Shown here piece by piece: positions 1 through 17,669 of a stretch of DNA of 64,000 nucleotides. The position numbers and the translations under genes are program-made. Origin of the DNA: Eledone cirrhosa (Eukaryota); assembly GCA_964016885.1 (NCBI GenBank), contig OZ024754.1:3224001-3288000 (forward strand). The letters run 5' to 3'. Each line of letters starts with the position of its first letter. Positions within the stretch are counted from its first letter, which is position 1. Below the pieces are notes generated by a model. The model did not search any database. It was not told the DNA's origin and saw only the letters and a list, made by a program, of their open reading frames with translations.

Positions 1-83
1 ACATATATATCCTAGAAACGATTGTAAAATGATGAATTTGTTAATATAAGGAACTGTTTCTTTGTTTTTATTCATTGTTTTTA

Positions 84-118
<35 letters not shown>

Positions 119-452
119 GTGTGTGTTTGTGTGCATATATATATAGTGGACTAAGGAGTCGAAGTTTATGACGGATATATATGTGTTTATATACCGTATT
201 TTGGTAACTGTGAGTGCATGTATGTATATAGAGATTTACACATTGACAATATCAAATATAAACATACCAGATTCACGTATTTCCCTATGAATTAATAGAA
301 TGATTAAATAATGTTTTATAAGCTTATAAGTGTTATATGTATATATATGTGTGTGTGTGTGTATGTATATGTATGTATATACATACATATTTGTATATAT
401 ATATGTATGTGTATATATGTATGTATATATAAATGTATATATATGTATATAT

Positions 453-770
453 ATAAGTATGTATACGTACATACATATATGTATACAGACGTACAGTAGT
501 ATGTATATATATACATACATGCACATATATATATATATATGTACGTATGGATTCACCGAACATTTATGATAATGCTCGGTGTGTTTGTACACAAACAGTG
601 CTAGACACTGTACGGCTTAATACGGGACGTTTGTTTACAAACACACCGAGCATTATAATTAATGTTCGGAGAATCCATACGTACATATATATGTGTGCAT
701 GTATGTATATATATATATACATACTACTGTACGTCTGTATACATATATGTATGTACGTATACATACTTAT
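453..770. repeat. Fold-back (inverted repeat) element, MITE-like
   Basis: Arms ataagtatgtatacgtac...ctcggtgtgtttgt and acaaacacaccgag...gtatacatacttat are reverse complements. Confidence 0.65.
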
Positions 771-832
771 GTTTAAGTAACAGCCGTACTAAGAGTGAGA
801 AATGAAATTTCGTTTCATTTTTTCCGTTTATG

Positions 833-897
<65 letters not shown>

Positions 898-2149
898 GCG
901 TATATATATATATATGTATGTATATATATATATGTGTGTATATGTATGTGTATATATATATATGCATATGTGCATATATATATGTGTGAATGTATGTATA
1001 CGTATGTATGTATATAGACGTATATATGGATGTGTATATATATATATATATAGATATATATATATATACAAGCGTGAGTGTGTGTGTGTGCGTGTGTACG
1101 AGCGTGTACATGTATACTGCATACATGTGTGTGTGTGTGTGTATTTGTGTATAGTTCACTATAAACAAGAAAATTCTATCATATGTACTTGTCACAATCG
1201 ATAATGTTGTACAATTCTTTAAGGAATTAAATTTCCTAAAAGTCTGTTAAGACGTCTGATGGGAGGATTCACTAAATTCGAAGACATGCGTGTCCACATA
1301 CATACATGGTCACACCCAAACACACACACAAGTTTGGTCACACCCAAACACACACACTGGTTTGGTCATACACAAACACACACACACTAGTTTCGTCACA
1401 CACACACAAGTTTGTCGTTTGCCGTTTTGGATCAGGGAACAGTAAGAAATTGGAAATGGCGTTAGATGAATTTACAACATTCTCATAAGTACTTCTTCAA
1501 ACCTCTTCTAATGCAATTCTTCTACATAAAAATTACATACAGCTACCAATTTTGCCTTTGATATTTTATTTTTACCTTTCCTGGACGATGGAAGTAAACT
1601 TGCTTGTGTGCTATTTTCTACCAGATTCAGTAAATGAAAGAATTCTTCTGCCAAATATCACCATCTATGAGATAATATATTGTTATAAAAAATATGCCAT
1701 TAAGTAAAACAAAAACAAACAAGAAAAACAACATAAGAGAAAACTCATGATGAGCTATGAAGATGTGTAAGATTAGATAAGTTGTTCATGTTTAAGTTAT
1801 ATATATATATATTATATATATATATATGTTTAAGTTATATATATATATATATATGTTATATATATGTTTAAGTTATATATATATATATGTTTAAGTTATA
1901 TATATATATATGTTTAAGTTATATATATATATATGTTTAAGTTATATATATATATATATATGTTTAAGTTATATATATATATATCTTTAAGTTATATATA
2001 TATATATGTTTAAGTTATATATATATATATGTTTAAGTTATATATATGATATAAACATATATATATTAATATATATAGATTTAAAATATATATAAATATA
2101 TATATATTTATATATAGTATAGAAGTGGTATATATATAGAAATTTACAT

Positions 2150-5770
<3,621 letters not shown>

Positions 5771-6042
5771 TATATATATTTTAAATATTAGACTTAATTA
5801 TTTTATATATATACATATATAAAATAATTAAGTCTAATATTTAAAATTTGGTTTCGTTTACTAAAGGTGTACTGCTACATATATTTCGGTTACAGCCATC
5901 ATTAGCTGTGTCCTCTTCAGGCAGTCCGAATTGGTGTGGTAGAGACAGGTACACATGTTGTTGAAGTGTTTTACTCCGTCACTACTCCGATATGTCTAGC
6001 TCCTGGCTGGGTTGTTATTTCGCGGAGAAACTGGAATCATAT

Positions 6043-6216
<174 letters not shown>

Positions 6217-6242
6217 GTATATATATATATATATATACATAC

Positions 6243-6391
<149 letters not shown>

Positions 6392-6549
6392 TATATCTAT
6401 ATATATGTGTGTATATATATGTATATATACATATATATATCTATATATATGTGTGTATATATATGTATATATACATATATATATCTATATATATGTGTGT
6501 ATATATATGTATATATACATATATATATCTATATATATGTGTGTATATA

Positions 6550-6601
<52 letters not shown>

Positions 6602-6631
6602 TATCTATATATATGTGTGTATATATATATA

Positions 6632-6679
<48 letters not shown>

Positions 6680-6683
6680 GACG

Positions 6684-6734
6684 AGATTCTACAGGACTAG
6701 AACTGTTTCATTCTTTAGAAATCATCAGGAATCT
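6684..6734 (-). ncRNA. Type I hammerhead ribozyme (family 1), inverted partner of 7333-7383
   Basis: Reverse complement reads AGAUUC-CUGAUGA-UUUCUAAAGAAU-GAAA-CAGUUCUAGUCCUG-UA-GAAUCU. Confidence 0.75.
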
Positions 6735-7332
6735 GGGTATCAAAAAATAAGTATGGTATTTATAGGTCTCTTCAGGTTTGTAGGAGAGGGTAGGGAGTGG
6801 GATGGGTGTAGGTCATTGGTTGATAGAAAAGGGAATTCATTAAAAGCTAATTCTTCAAAGCTATAGTTTATATTTAGAGTAACAAAGACAGAAAGAATTC
6901 TATAAACAAGTTCTGGATGGGGTTCCACTCCTTATTTTTAAGTTTCTCTTAAGCTAACAATGCCTAGATATCAGGTGTCTATAAGACCATTGGGGGGTCA
7001 GTAAGTTTCTCTTAAGCTAACAATGCCTAGATATCAGGTGTCTATAAGACCATTGGGGGTCAGTCGACTGACCCCCAATGATCTTATAGACACCTGATAT
7101 CTAGGCATTGTTAGCTTCAGAGAAACTTAAAAATAAGGAGTGGAACCCCATCCAGAACTTGTTTATAGAATTCTTTCTGCCTTTGTTACTCTAAATATAA
7201 ACTATAGCTTTGAAGAATTAGCTTTTAATGAATTCCCTTTTCTATCAACCAATGACCTACACCCATCCCACTCCCTACCCTCTCCTACAACCTGAAGAGA
7301 CCTATAAATACCATATTTATTTTTTGATACCC

Positions 7333-7383
7333 AGATTCCTGATGATTTCTCCAGAATGAAACAGTTCTAGTCCTGTAGAATCT
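7333..7383 (+). ncRNA. Type I hammerhead ribozyme (family 1)
   Basis: AGAUUC-CUGAUGA-UUUCUCCAGAAU-GAAA-CAG(UUCUAGUC)CUG-UA-GAAUCU. Stem I AGAUUC/GAAUCU, stem III ACAG/CUGU; predicted cleavage after GUA at 7377. Confidence 0.75.
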
Positions 7384-7465
7384 CATCTATATTAAAACTT
7401 TTATACTCTGCAATGTATTGAGTACCTTACTTACTGTGGTTACCTCCGACTCAACCCGGAATAAC

Positions 7466-7469
<4 letters not shown>

Positions 7470-7549
<80 letters not shown>

Positions 7550-8602
7550 GTATGAGTATATTTTCTATATATAATTCATAAATATACATACTTATATATA
7601 TATATATATACGTATGAGTATATTTTCTATATATAATTCATAAATATACATACTTATATACATATATATATAAATATGTATATATTTGTGTATATACATA
7701 ATATATATATCAATATATATACATTTATGTCAGTATATATAATATATATATATAAATATGTATATTAATATATATATCTATATAAACATATATATTTATA
7801 TGTATATATATAATATCTATATAAATATATATATTAATTTGTATATTTTTTCTAAATATATATATATGTATCTATATATAATACATATATCTATATAAAC
7901 ATATATATTTATATGTATATATATATTTATGTGCATATATAATATATATATAAATATGTATATATATATATATATATAAAAATATATATATTTATATGTA
8001 TATATATATTTATGAGCATATATAATATATATATATAAAAATATATATATTTTAATGTATATATCTATATAAACATATGTATATTTATGTGTATATGTAT
8101 AATATGTATATATAATATATATATATATATATAAATATATATACCTTTATGTGTAATAGATTAATACATATGTATATATAATAATGTGTATATTTCTATA
8201 TCTACACATATTAATGTGTATATTTCTATATCTATATATATTTATGCATATATGTTAAATATATATATAAATGTGTATAATTATATTAATATATATATAT
8301 TTATGTGTATGACAAAAGATTAATATGGTTTGTTGATTACTCAATGAATACAGTTTTACAATAGATTAAAAGCACTCAAGTTTTCCTGAAGTTTTCCTGG
8401 AGTTTTTAATATTATTCAAAATATTAACAAATGAAAGATATTCACATAATATAATCTAGATCGTAGCGGTGTGTCATATATTAAATCATATATTTTATCT
8501 GATGAGGTCGTACTGAATAAAACAACAACACAGTACCTTTGAAATATATATAATAAAGTATATATTTTGATTATGGGAATATCTTTCATTTGTTAATATA
8601 TT

Positions 8603-8651
<49 letters not shown>

Positions 8652-8782
8652 TCATATATTTGTATTTTAATGTATATATTTATGTAAATATATATGTATT
8701 TATGCCTATTTATATAAAATATTTATATATATTTATTTTTATGTATATATATAAATAATATATATATATATATATATATATA

Positions 8783-8818
<36 letters not shown>

Positions 8819-8865
8819 TATATATATATATATATAAATAATATATATATATATATATATAAATA

Positions 8866-8916
<51 letters not shown>

Positions 8917-8938
8917 GATACATATATATATATATATT

Positions 8939-8969
<31 letters not shown>

Positions 8970-9532
8970 TTATGTGTATATATAATATATATATATATAA
9001 ATACATATATATATATTTATGTGTATATATAATATATATATATATAAATACATATATATATATTTATGTGTATATATAATATATATATATATAAATACAT
9101 ATATATATATTTATGTTTATATATAATATATATATATATAAATACATATATATATATTTATGTGTATATATAATATATATATATATAAGATATATATATT
9201 TATATGTATACATATAATATATATTTAAACATGTATATTAATATAAATATATATTGATATATATATGTGTATATATGTAATGTATATATATGTATACTCA
9301 TCTATATATTTATATAAATATATATATATATTTCCTTGTATATATGTAATATATATGTAAATATATATATATATATGAATCTGTATATTTATATAAATAC
9401 GTATTTATTGTTGTGTATATATAATATATATATCATATATACATATTTTAATGTCTATATTTATATATATATATATGTATATAATATATGTATAAAATAT
9501 ATAGATATGTATATATATGCATATATTATATG

Positions 9533-9565
<33 letters not shown>

Positions 9566-9933
9566 CTCATATCTATATAATTATATATAAATTAATATAT
9601 ATGTCTAATATATGTAAATGTATATATTTATATAAATATATATACATATAATATATATAAATATGTATATAAATAGATATATATGCATACATTTGTTTAT
9701 ATATAGATATAACATATATATAAATATAAATATTCATATAAACATATATATATTTATATATATATATAGATATAATATATATATATATATATATTTATAT
9801 GAAATATATATATATAAATATGTATTTTTATATGAATATATATAATATGTTTATAAATATGTATATTTATGGAAATATATATATATTTACATATATATAT
9901 ATATATATTTATTAAAATAACATTAAATATTAT

Positions 9934-9979
<46 letters not shown>

Positions 9980-10335
9980 AATATGTAAATATCTACACAA
10001 ATGTGTATATTTGTATATATATATGCATTAATATAACTACATATATATTCATTCATATATATATCTGTATAAATATATATATTTACGTATATATGTATAA
10101 TTATGTATATATATATGTATATTTATCTAAATATATATATACCTTGTGATTTGAACACATATATGTATATATCTTTGTTCGTTTTTCTTTTATATTCTAT
10201 TATAATATACGGCTCGGAAAAATCTCTTTCTTAGAGCTATTTTATTGTAAGAGACTATTTTGAGTTCCTAACTGAATATATACCTTTGACATATATTTAG
10301 ATATGTATATACAGATGTATTTTTATATAGATATT

Positions 10336-10374
<39 letters not shown>

Positions 10375-10395
10375 ATATTTATATATATATATAGA

Positions 10396-10442
<47 letters not shown>

Positions 10443-10570
10443 AACATATTTATAGATAAGAATATAAATATATATATTTAAATAAATCAATATATATATG
10501 CTTATAATATATGTAAATATGTATTTATATATATATACATTTATGTATATATATATATATGTGTATGTAT
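7470..10570. repeat. Degenerate AT-rich microsatellite/low-complexity region
   Basis: (TA)n with short higher-order units such as tttatgtgtatatataatatatatatataaataca. Confidence 0.85.
8489..8562 (+). ncRNA. Type I hammerhead ribozyme (family 2)
   Basis: UAUAUUUUAU-CUGAUGA(8499)-GGUCGUACUG..loop..CAGUACCUUU-GAAA-UAUAUA-UA-AUAAAGUAUA; palindromic minimal stem III. Confidence 0.6.
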
Positions 10571-10571
10571 A

Positions 10572-10746
10572 ATTGTTTCTACTTTTGGCACAAGGCCAGC
10601 AATTACCCAGTGTATTACTGGTACTTTATTTTATCGACCCCGTAAGGATGAAAGGCAAAGTTAACCTAGGCGTGATTTGAACTCGGATCATAAAGGGACG
10701 TAACTCTGTGCTTCAAAGCACGGTGTCCGACTCTCTACCGATACTG
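10572..10746 (-). mobile_element. tRNA-derived SINE of the abundant family with gttaactttgcctttcatccttacggggtcgataaaataaagtaccag core
   Basis: Same sequence recurs at ~14297, 19555, 25050, 33045, 37145, 37940, 38170, 43500, 47995, 49629, 50660, 52150, 52670 and 52930; B-box gagttcaaatc. Confidence 0.8.
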
Positions 10747-10962
10747 TAATATGTGTAAATATGTATATCTATATAAATATGATTATTTATATAAATAAAT
10801 ATATGCATATATTTATGTTTATATATATATTTATATATACATATATATATGTATATATATATATGTTTATATATATATTTATATATACATATAAATGTAT
10901 ATATAAATATATATATCATATGTATATATATATATAACCTGCATAGATATGTATATATATAT

Positions 10963-11269
10963 GAAGGCACATGGTTTAGTGGTTAGAGCATTGTGCTTGC
11001 AATCGAAAGGTTGTGAGTTCAATTCTCGGACCGGGTGATGTGTTGTTTCCTTGAGCAAGACACCTTATTTCACATTGCTCCAGTTTACTCAGCTGTAGAA
11101 ATGCAAAGTTGACGTGGAGGTGCCACGGCAAAAAAGCACCCAGCACTCACTGTAAATGAGGTTGGTGTTAGGAAGGGCATCCAGCTGTAGAAATCAAGCC
11201 AGAATCAGTTCCCGTCCCACCCTTGCAAGCAGGGAAAAGCGGACGTAAAATGAAATGATGATGATGATG
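10963..11269 (+). mobile_element. Full-length tRNA/CORE-type SINE with RTE-LINE-derived 3' tail
   Basis: A-box tggtttagtgg, B-box gagttcaattc, CORE-like ccttgagcaagacacc; tail cccttgcaagcagggaaaagcggacgtaaaatg(atg)n nearly identical to the RTE end at 44285-44335. Confidence 0.75.
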
Positions 11270-11545
11270 ATATGTACTTTTAAAAAAACAACAAAAACTG
11301 AACAGGAGAATTTGCTTTAGAATTTTATTTCCAAAATACATATTTTGATTGCCTATCTCCATCTTCGTACAGTGATGCAGGAGAAGACGATCTTATCAGG
11401 TGACATCTGCAGAATTATGTAACAGGATTACATTGAACACAAACATATAATGGAAGAGAGGTAAATAGAAAATTTGATTTGGGTACCACCTGCAAATGTT
11501 GTTATATATCGATATCAGATTGTCTCTGATGAAATACATATATAT

Positions 11546-11604
<59 letters not shown>

Positions 11605-11991
11605 TATATATATATATATGCATATATATATATATTCATATATATATATATATATATATAAGTATATATATGATATACATATTATATATACATACATATA
11701 TATGATATGAATATAATATATATATATTATATATATATATGTAATATGAATATAATATATATTATATATATATATATGTAATATATATATATATAATATA
11801 TATTATATTCATATGTAATATGAATATAATATATATTATATATATATATATGTAATATGAATATAATATATATTATATATATATATGCAATATGATATAT
11901 ATTATATATATATATATTATATTCATATATATATATATTATATATATTAATTCAAAATATTAACAAACATAGACAATCGTGGGATCAATTA

Positions 11992-12058
11992 TATTTTATT
12001 ATACATATTTCAGAGATACTGAGCTATCTTCAACAGTACGTCCTCATCAGATAAAATA
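11992..12058 (-). ncRNA. Type I hammerhead ribozyme (family 2), inverted partner of 12163-12229
   Basis: Exact reverse complement of the 12163-12229 motif within an inverted repeat. Confidence 0.65.
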
Positions 12059-12162
12059 AGATGATGCTTGACATAGTTAAAATTCAGTGATGGCAGTGAA
12101 TATGTCACTGCCATCACTGAATTTTAACCATCTACTTAGTCAAGGTATGTCAAGCATCATCT

Positions 12163-12229
12163 TATTTTATCTGATGAGGACGTACTGTTGAAGATAGCTC
12201 AGTATCTCTGAAATATGTATAATAAAATA
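12163..12229 (+). ncRNA. Type I hammerhead ribozyme (family 2)
   Basis: UAUUUUAU-CUGAUGA(12171)-GGACGUACUG..CAGUAUCUCU-GAAA-UAUGUA-UA-AUAAAAUA; 8-bp perfect stem I. Confidence 0.65.
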
Positions 12230-13132
12230 TACTTGATCCCACGATTGTCTATATTTGTTAACATTTTGAATTAATATTAATAACTCCGGAAAACCAATAC
12301 TGTGGAGTGCTTCTAATCTATTGTAAAACTTTATTCATTGATTTATTCATTGAACCTTGTTTAACCTTTAAATATATATATTTATATATATATGTAATAT
12401 GAATATAATATATATATATTATATATATATACATATAATATATATATATTATATATATATACATATAATATGAATATAATATATATATATATTATATATA
12501 TATATATATAATATGAATATAATATATATATTATATATATATTATATACATATAATATATATATATAATATGAATATAATATATATATATATTATATATA
12601 TATATATAATATGAATATAATATATATATTATATATATTTAATATGAATATAATATATATATATTATATATATATATATAATATGAATATAATATATATA
12701 TATATCATATATATATATAATATGAATATAATATATATTTATCATATATATATATATAAACACTCATACAAACACAATATTTATTTATAAACATAGCTAA
12801 TCTATACAAAAAGCAGTGAAGATATATACAGATATATACAAAGAATTCTCTGGTAATATTTGGCAAATGTTATTCTTTCATAACTTCATATTCCTGTGAT
12901 ATTTTTCCATTCTGAAATAAATGAAATTCTTAAGAAAATAAATTCTACATGTCAATATTTGTTTTTATTTTGTTTGCTTCGATCATGCATGTATATAAGG
13001 TCACATATGGATGTACACACTTATATATAAATTCAGGTTATTATACATACATGCATAAATATATATATATATGCATGCATAAATACATACATGCTTGCCT
13101 GCATGCCTGTATGCATACACACACATACTCAG

Positions 13133-13164
<32 letters not shown>

Positions 13165-13707
13165 ATATATATGTGTATATATATATGTGTGTATATATAT
13201 ATGTGTATATATATATGTGTGTGTATATATATATGTGTGTATATGTGTGTATATGTGTGTATATATGTGTATATGTGTGTATATATATATGTATATATAT
13301 ACACATACACACACATATATATATACACATATATTTATACACACATATATATATATACACACACATATATATATATACACACATATATATATATATACGC
13401 ATATATATATATACATATACACATATATATATATACACACATATATATATATATACACACATATATATATATTTATATACACACTTATATATATTAAAAC
13501 AAGATTGTCTCTGATTGAGATGAAGCGAGATTGTATTAGATTGAATACATATAAAAATTAGAAAACTCATCTCTAGAACAGCCATGAAAACAGCTAAATG
13601 CTGTCAAAGACAGCGATGGGCCAAAATGCCTCACAGGACAGAGACCAGTGGTCAGTGGTTAACAGAGGGATAATCCATGAGGTGGGTGACAGCCAAATGA
13701 AATATAG

Positions 13708-13901
13708 AAAATATTTATCAGATTAATATTTATCAGATTAATATTTATCAGATTAAAATATTTATCAGATTAATATTTATCAGATTAAAATATTTATCAG
13801 ATTAATATTTATCAGATTAAAATATTTATCAGATTAATATTTATCAGATTAAAATATTTATCAGATTAATATTTATCAGATTAAAATATTTATCAGATTA
13901 A
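13708..13901. repeat. 16-18-bp minisatellite (aatatttatcagatta)n, ~12 copies
   Basis: Direct inspection. Confidence 0.9.
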
Positions 13902-13987
13902 CTATACCAAAATAGTTGAATTTTACATAAGCAGTATGATTCTGCCATTTACTATCCTAATCAAGGAATATCACCACACACCGTAAC

Positions 13988-14282
13988 ATCATTTTACGTC
14001 CCCTCTTTTCTGCTTGCAAGGGTGGGACAGGTCCTCTTCAGCACAGCATCTCTCCCTTTGTCATGGTCCTGCATCATCTCCTCTGTGAGCTTCAGCGATC
14101 TGAGTTCAGCTTTTACCACCTTTGCCCATGTTTTTTGTGGTCTTCCTCTACTGCATCTTCTTGGCACTTCTTCACCCAGTGGTTATCATCCATGTACATC
14201 ACATGTCCATACCAACACAATCTTCTCTCCTGCACACTACAGCTTATTCCTCTTATACACAGTTTCTCTCTCAACCCATCCA
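13988..14282 (-). mobile_element. RTE-clade LINE 3' fragment
   Basis: LREKLCIRGISCSVQERRLCWYGHVMYMDDNHWVKKC motif and the family 3' tail. Confidence 0.75.
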
Positions 14283-14762
14283 TTATTATTATTATTTGGT
14301 GGATTGGCAGTATTGGTAAGGGGTCGGACGCCATGCTTTGCAGCATAGGGTTACGCCCCTTTACAGTCTGAGTTTGAATCCCGCCGTGGTTAACTTTGCC
14401 TTTCATCGATAAAATAAAGTACCAGTAATGCACTGGGATAATTGCTGACCTTGTGCCAAAAGTAAAAACAATTATTATTTTTAAAAAAACACCTTTACCA
14501 ATGTGGAGACACCACAGTGGCTATTCAGAGTTTGAGGACATATTATCAGTGACCTGTGGATAAAAGAACATGTGGCTAAAATTAAATGAGGTACAGTTTC
14601 TATTTATAGATTACCATTCCATATAGTGACCATCCAATTCCTTCTTGCATGCATAAACTCAATCTATCGGACTAAATTCCACACCGCATCTACTGTGTAT
14701 CCGCATGGCAACCCAAAATATACAGGATTTCTCCTTCCCCTCCTCTCTGTCTCTCTGTATAA

Positions 14763-14812
<50 letters not shown>

Positions 14813-15562
14813 ATGCTAGCGTGGAACAACGGACGTAAAACGGTGATGATGATGATGATATATATACACATAATTATATTTAAATATATATATATATAAT
14901 ATATATATATATAATCCTTTCTCCATCATATATTTCTGCTTACATAAATATATACTTTAAATATATTTGTTGCTTGTTATGTTCTTGATAGTAATATACT
15001 ATATAGTATTATATAGTAATATACTATATAGTATTATATAGTAATATACTATATAGTATTATATAGTAATATAATCTTGTATATACTATACTCTGCAAAA
15101 TATAGATTTTATACTATTATAAAACACATTTCACCTTATTTATGGTATAATTAAAATAAATTTTATTTTAATCCACTTTTACAATATATATATATATACA
15201 TATAAGAAAGAGGTGTGGTAAGATACCAGGTGGACCATAACGCACCAGAGTACTCAATACTTGGTGTAGTAGGAAAAAAAGTCAGGACTCCAAAGGCTGA
15301 ACTCCAGCCATTTCGACAGCTAGATCCGAATAGTTCCAAGCTCAGCCTTTGGGGTCCTGACTCTCTTTTCCTATATATATATATATGTATATATGTATGT
15401 ATGTATGTATGTATATATATATATGTTTGTATAAATATATATACAAAGTGTCCCCAAATATATATATACATTTTCATTACCTGTACAGGCAATATTTATT
15501 AAAATGCTGTTGAAGTGTGTATACATTTTTGGGGTACACCCTATATATATATATATATATAT

Positions 15563-16028
15563 ATGAAGGATGACAGCTGCATAAAAAGGTGCAGAGCACT
15601 ATAAGTCAATGGAAACCGCGGAGTGGAGAGACCCAAGAAGACCTGGGATGAGGTGATAAAAGCCGACCTTACCCAATTACACCTCTCAAAGGCGATGACA
15701 CATGACCGTGACCTCTGGGGACACGCAGTAATACTGAGTACCCGACCTCCCATGGGTACAAGCTGAAGCATATAGACAATATGCCCCCACACCCTCCCAC
15801 TGCAAGGTGGTCGTGGAGGCGCCACGGAAAAAAAGTACCCAGCACTCACTGTAAATGAGGTTGGTGTTAGGAAGGGCATCCAGCTGTAGAAATCAAGCCA
15901 GAATCAGTTCCTGTATGAGCAAGGCATGGTCAGCCGACCAGACACTGCCCACAACAGGACAACCCGTCTAACCCATGCTAGCATGGAAGAACGGACGTAA
16001 AACAGTGATGATGATAATGATGATGATG
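15563..16028 (+). mobile_element. RTE LINE 3' fragment fused to SINE 3' half
   Basis: RPKKTWDEVIK-like coding, then gcacccagcactcactgtaaatgaggttggtgttaggaagggcatccagc and an (atg)n tail; similar chimera at 40170-40455. Confidence 0.6.
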
Positions 16029-16601
16029 ATATATATAGAGAGAGAGATAGTGACTGGGATGCTGAGACCTGGCAGACCCCTAATCATGGGGGTACTCATA
16101 CTTTTTAAGCCTTCATTACGTTTATTGATTGGTGATATCTGTTTCGCTATTGATCAGCTCAAGGTTCAATCTGTATTGATCTGACCCGACTCTGGAATCA
16201 AAAGCTTGTCGGACCTCTGCTGCATTATATAGATTTATTTACAAGCATAACACATATATACACGTGACCATGTTCCATAATGGACAACATATCACCATTT
16301 CTGAATCAATTGTATTATTCTAAACATAAATTTTATTGTGCAGACATTTATTTTCCTACGATATTATATTCTCATGTACATAAGTGGAATTTTTTACATA
16401 CATAAACTACGTGATTTTATTCATGTGTTTTTGATATGTATTACAGTAATTCATTGTATTCTGGGCTTTGTTAATTCATTAGGTTTTTGCCTATTAAGAT
16501 GGTATCTTGAATTATACTGGGGCCTGTAGCCCCTCTAAAGCTGCAGCCATGTAATAGATCATCCCATCATTTTAACCTAAACAATTGCTCTGAAAATTGC
16601 A

Positions 16602-16657
<56 letters not shown>

Positions 16658-17060
16658 TATATATATATAATATATATGTATATATATATATATATGAGTA
16701 TATATATATAATATATATGTATATATAAGTATATATATATAGAAGTATATATATATAGTAGTAACACAACAGTTAGTTCCCCATAGCGAGAACAATTGTT
16801 TCACCTTATGTGGATCTTCAGCTCGGACTGGTGAAAAACACAATTGTTCTTGGTATGGTGAACAAACTCGTCCCATGGATTGAGTGCTCTACCACTACAG
16901 ATATTACCTTCCTGTGTTCTACCTTTATATATATATCAACGAGTGGAGAGATGCTGTGCTGAATAAGACCCGTCCTACCCTTGCAAGCAGGGAAAAGCGG
17001 ATGTAAAATGATGATGATGATGATGATATATATATATATATAAATATATATATAAGTATA

Positions 17061-17669
17061 TACAAGGGTCAGCTAAAAATATTATAGGCTGACCAAGATA
17101 CTCTCATGGAATGACCAAATGAGGTTTATTTTTCAACATAGTCCCTGGTAAGAAACAATGCAATTATTGATAATAAGAGTTGAAAGTAATACATGCAAGA
17201 TTTCACAGCTCTAACATCACTGCTTCAGAAGCTGACCAAGATACTCTCATGGAATGACCAAACAAGGTTTATTTTTCAACATAGTCCCTGGAAAGAAACA
17301 ATGCAATTATTAATAAGAAGAGTAGAAATTAATACTTTCAAGATTTCACAGCTCTAGCATCACTCCTTCATAGTCAGCCTATGAACTCTTCAAAAGACCT
17401 TCATATAGTATGTATATATATATATATGAGGTTTATTTTTCAACATAGTCCCTGAAAAGAAACAATTCAATTATTGATAAGAAGAGTAGAAATTAATAAA
17501 TTAATGCATGTAAGATTTCACAGCTGTAGCATCACTCCTTCATAGGCTGACCAAGATACTCTCATGGAATGACCAAATGAGGTTTATTTTTCAACATAAT
17601 CCTTGGAAAGAAACAATGCATTTATCTATCATCACAGTCAGCCTATGAACTCTCCAAACAACCCTCGTA
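17061..17669. mobile_element. Tc1/mariner-type MITE(s) with internal ~130-bp tandem duplications
   Basis: TA-caagggtcagc...taggctgac 5' end and gtcagcctatgaactc...ccctcg-TA 3' end; related copy at 31285-31494. Confidence 0.6.

Larger units (their letters stand above)
6677..7465. mobile_element. Inverted duplication of a hammerhead-bearing element (Penelope-like pLTR / retrozyme-like)
   Basis: ~325-bp arms centred on gtcgac (7063-7068), with a 63-bp tandem duplication in the left arm. The downstream tail gtattgagtaccttacttactgtggttacctccga is shared with copies at 36140, 46150-46480 and 62265. Confidence 0.6.
11945..12350. mobile_element. Inverted duplication of family-2 hammerhead element
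   Basis: ~135-bp arms 11945-12075 and 12147-12278, plus an inner hairpin at 12076-12128; related to the diverged copy at 8330-8600. Confidence 0.55.

Noticed and set aside
5865-5915. Hammerhead-like motif on the minus strand (CUAAUGA...CGAAA); similar traces near 150 and 58520
   Set aside because: Core nucleotides are mutated and stem I does not pair; at most decayed relics.
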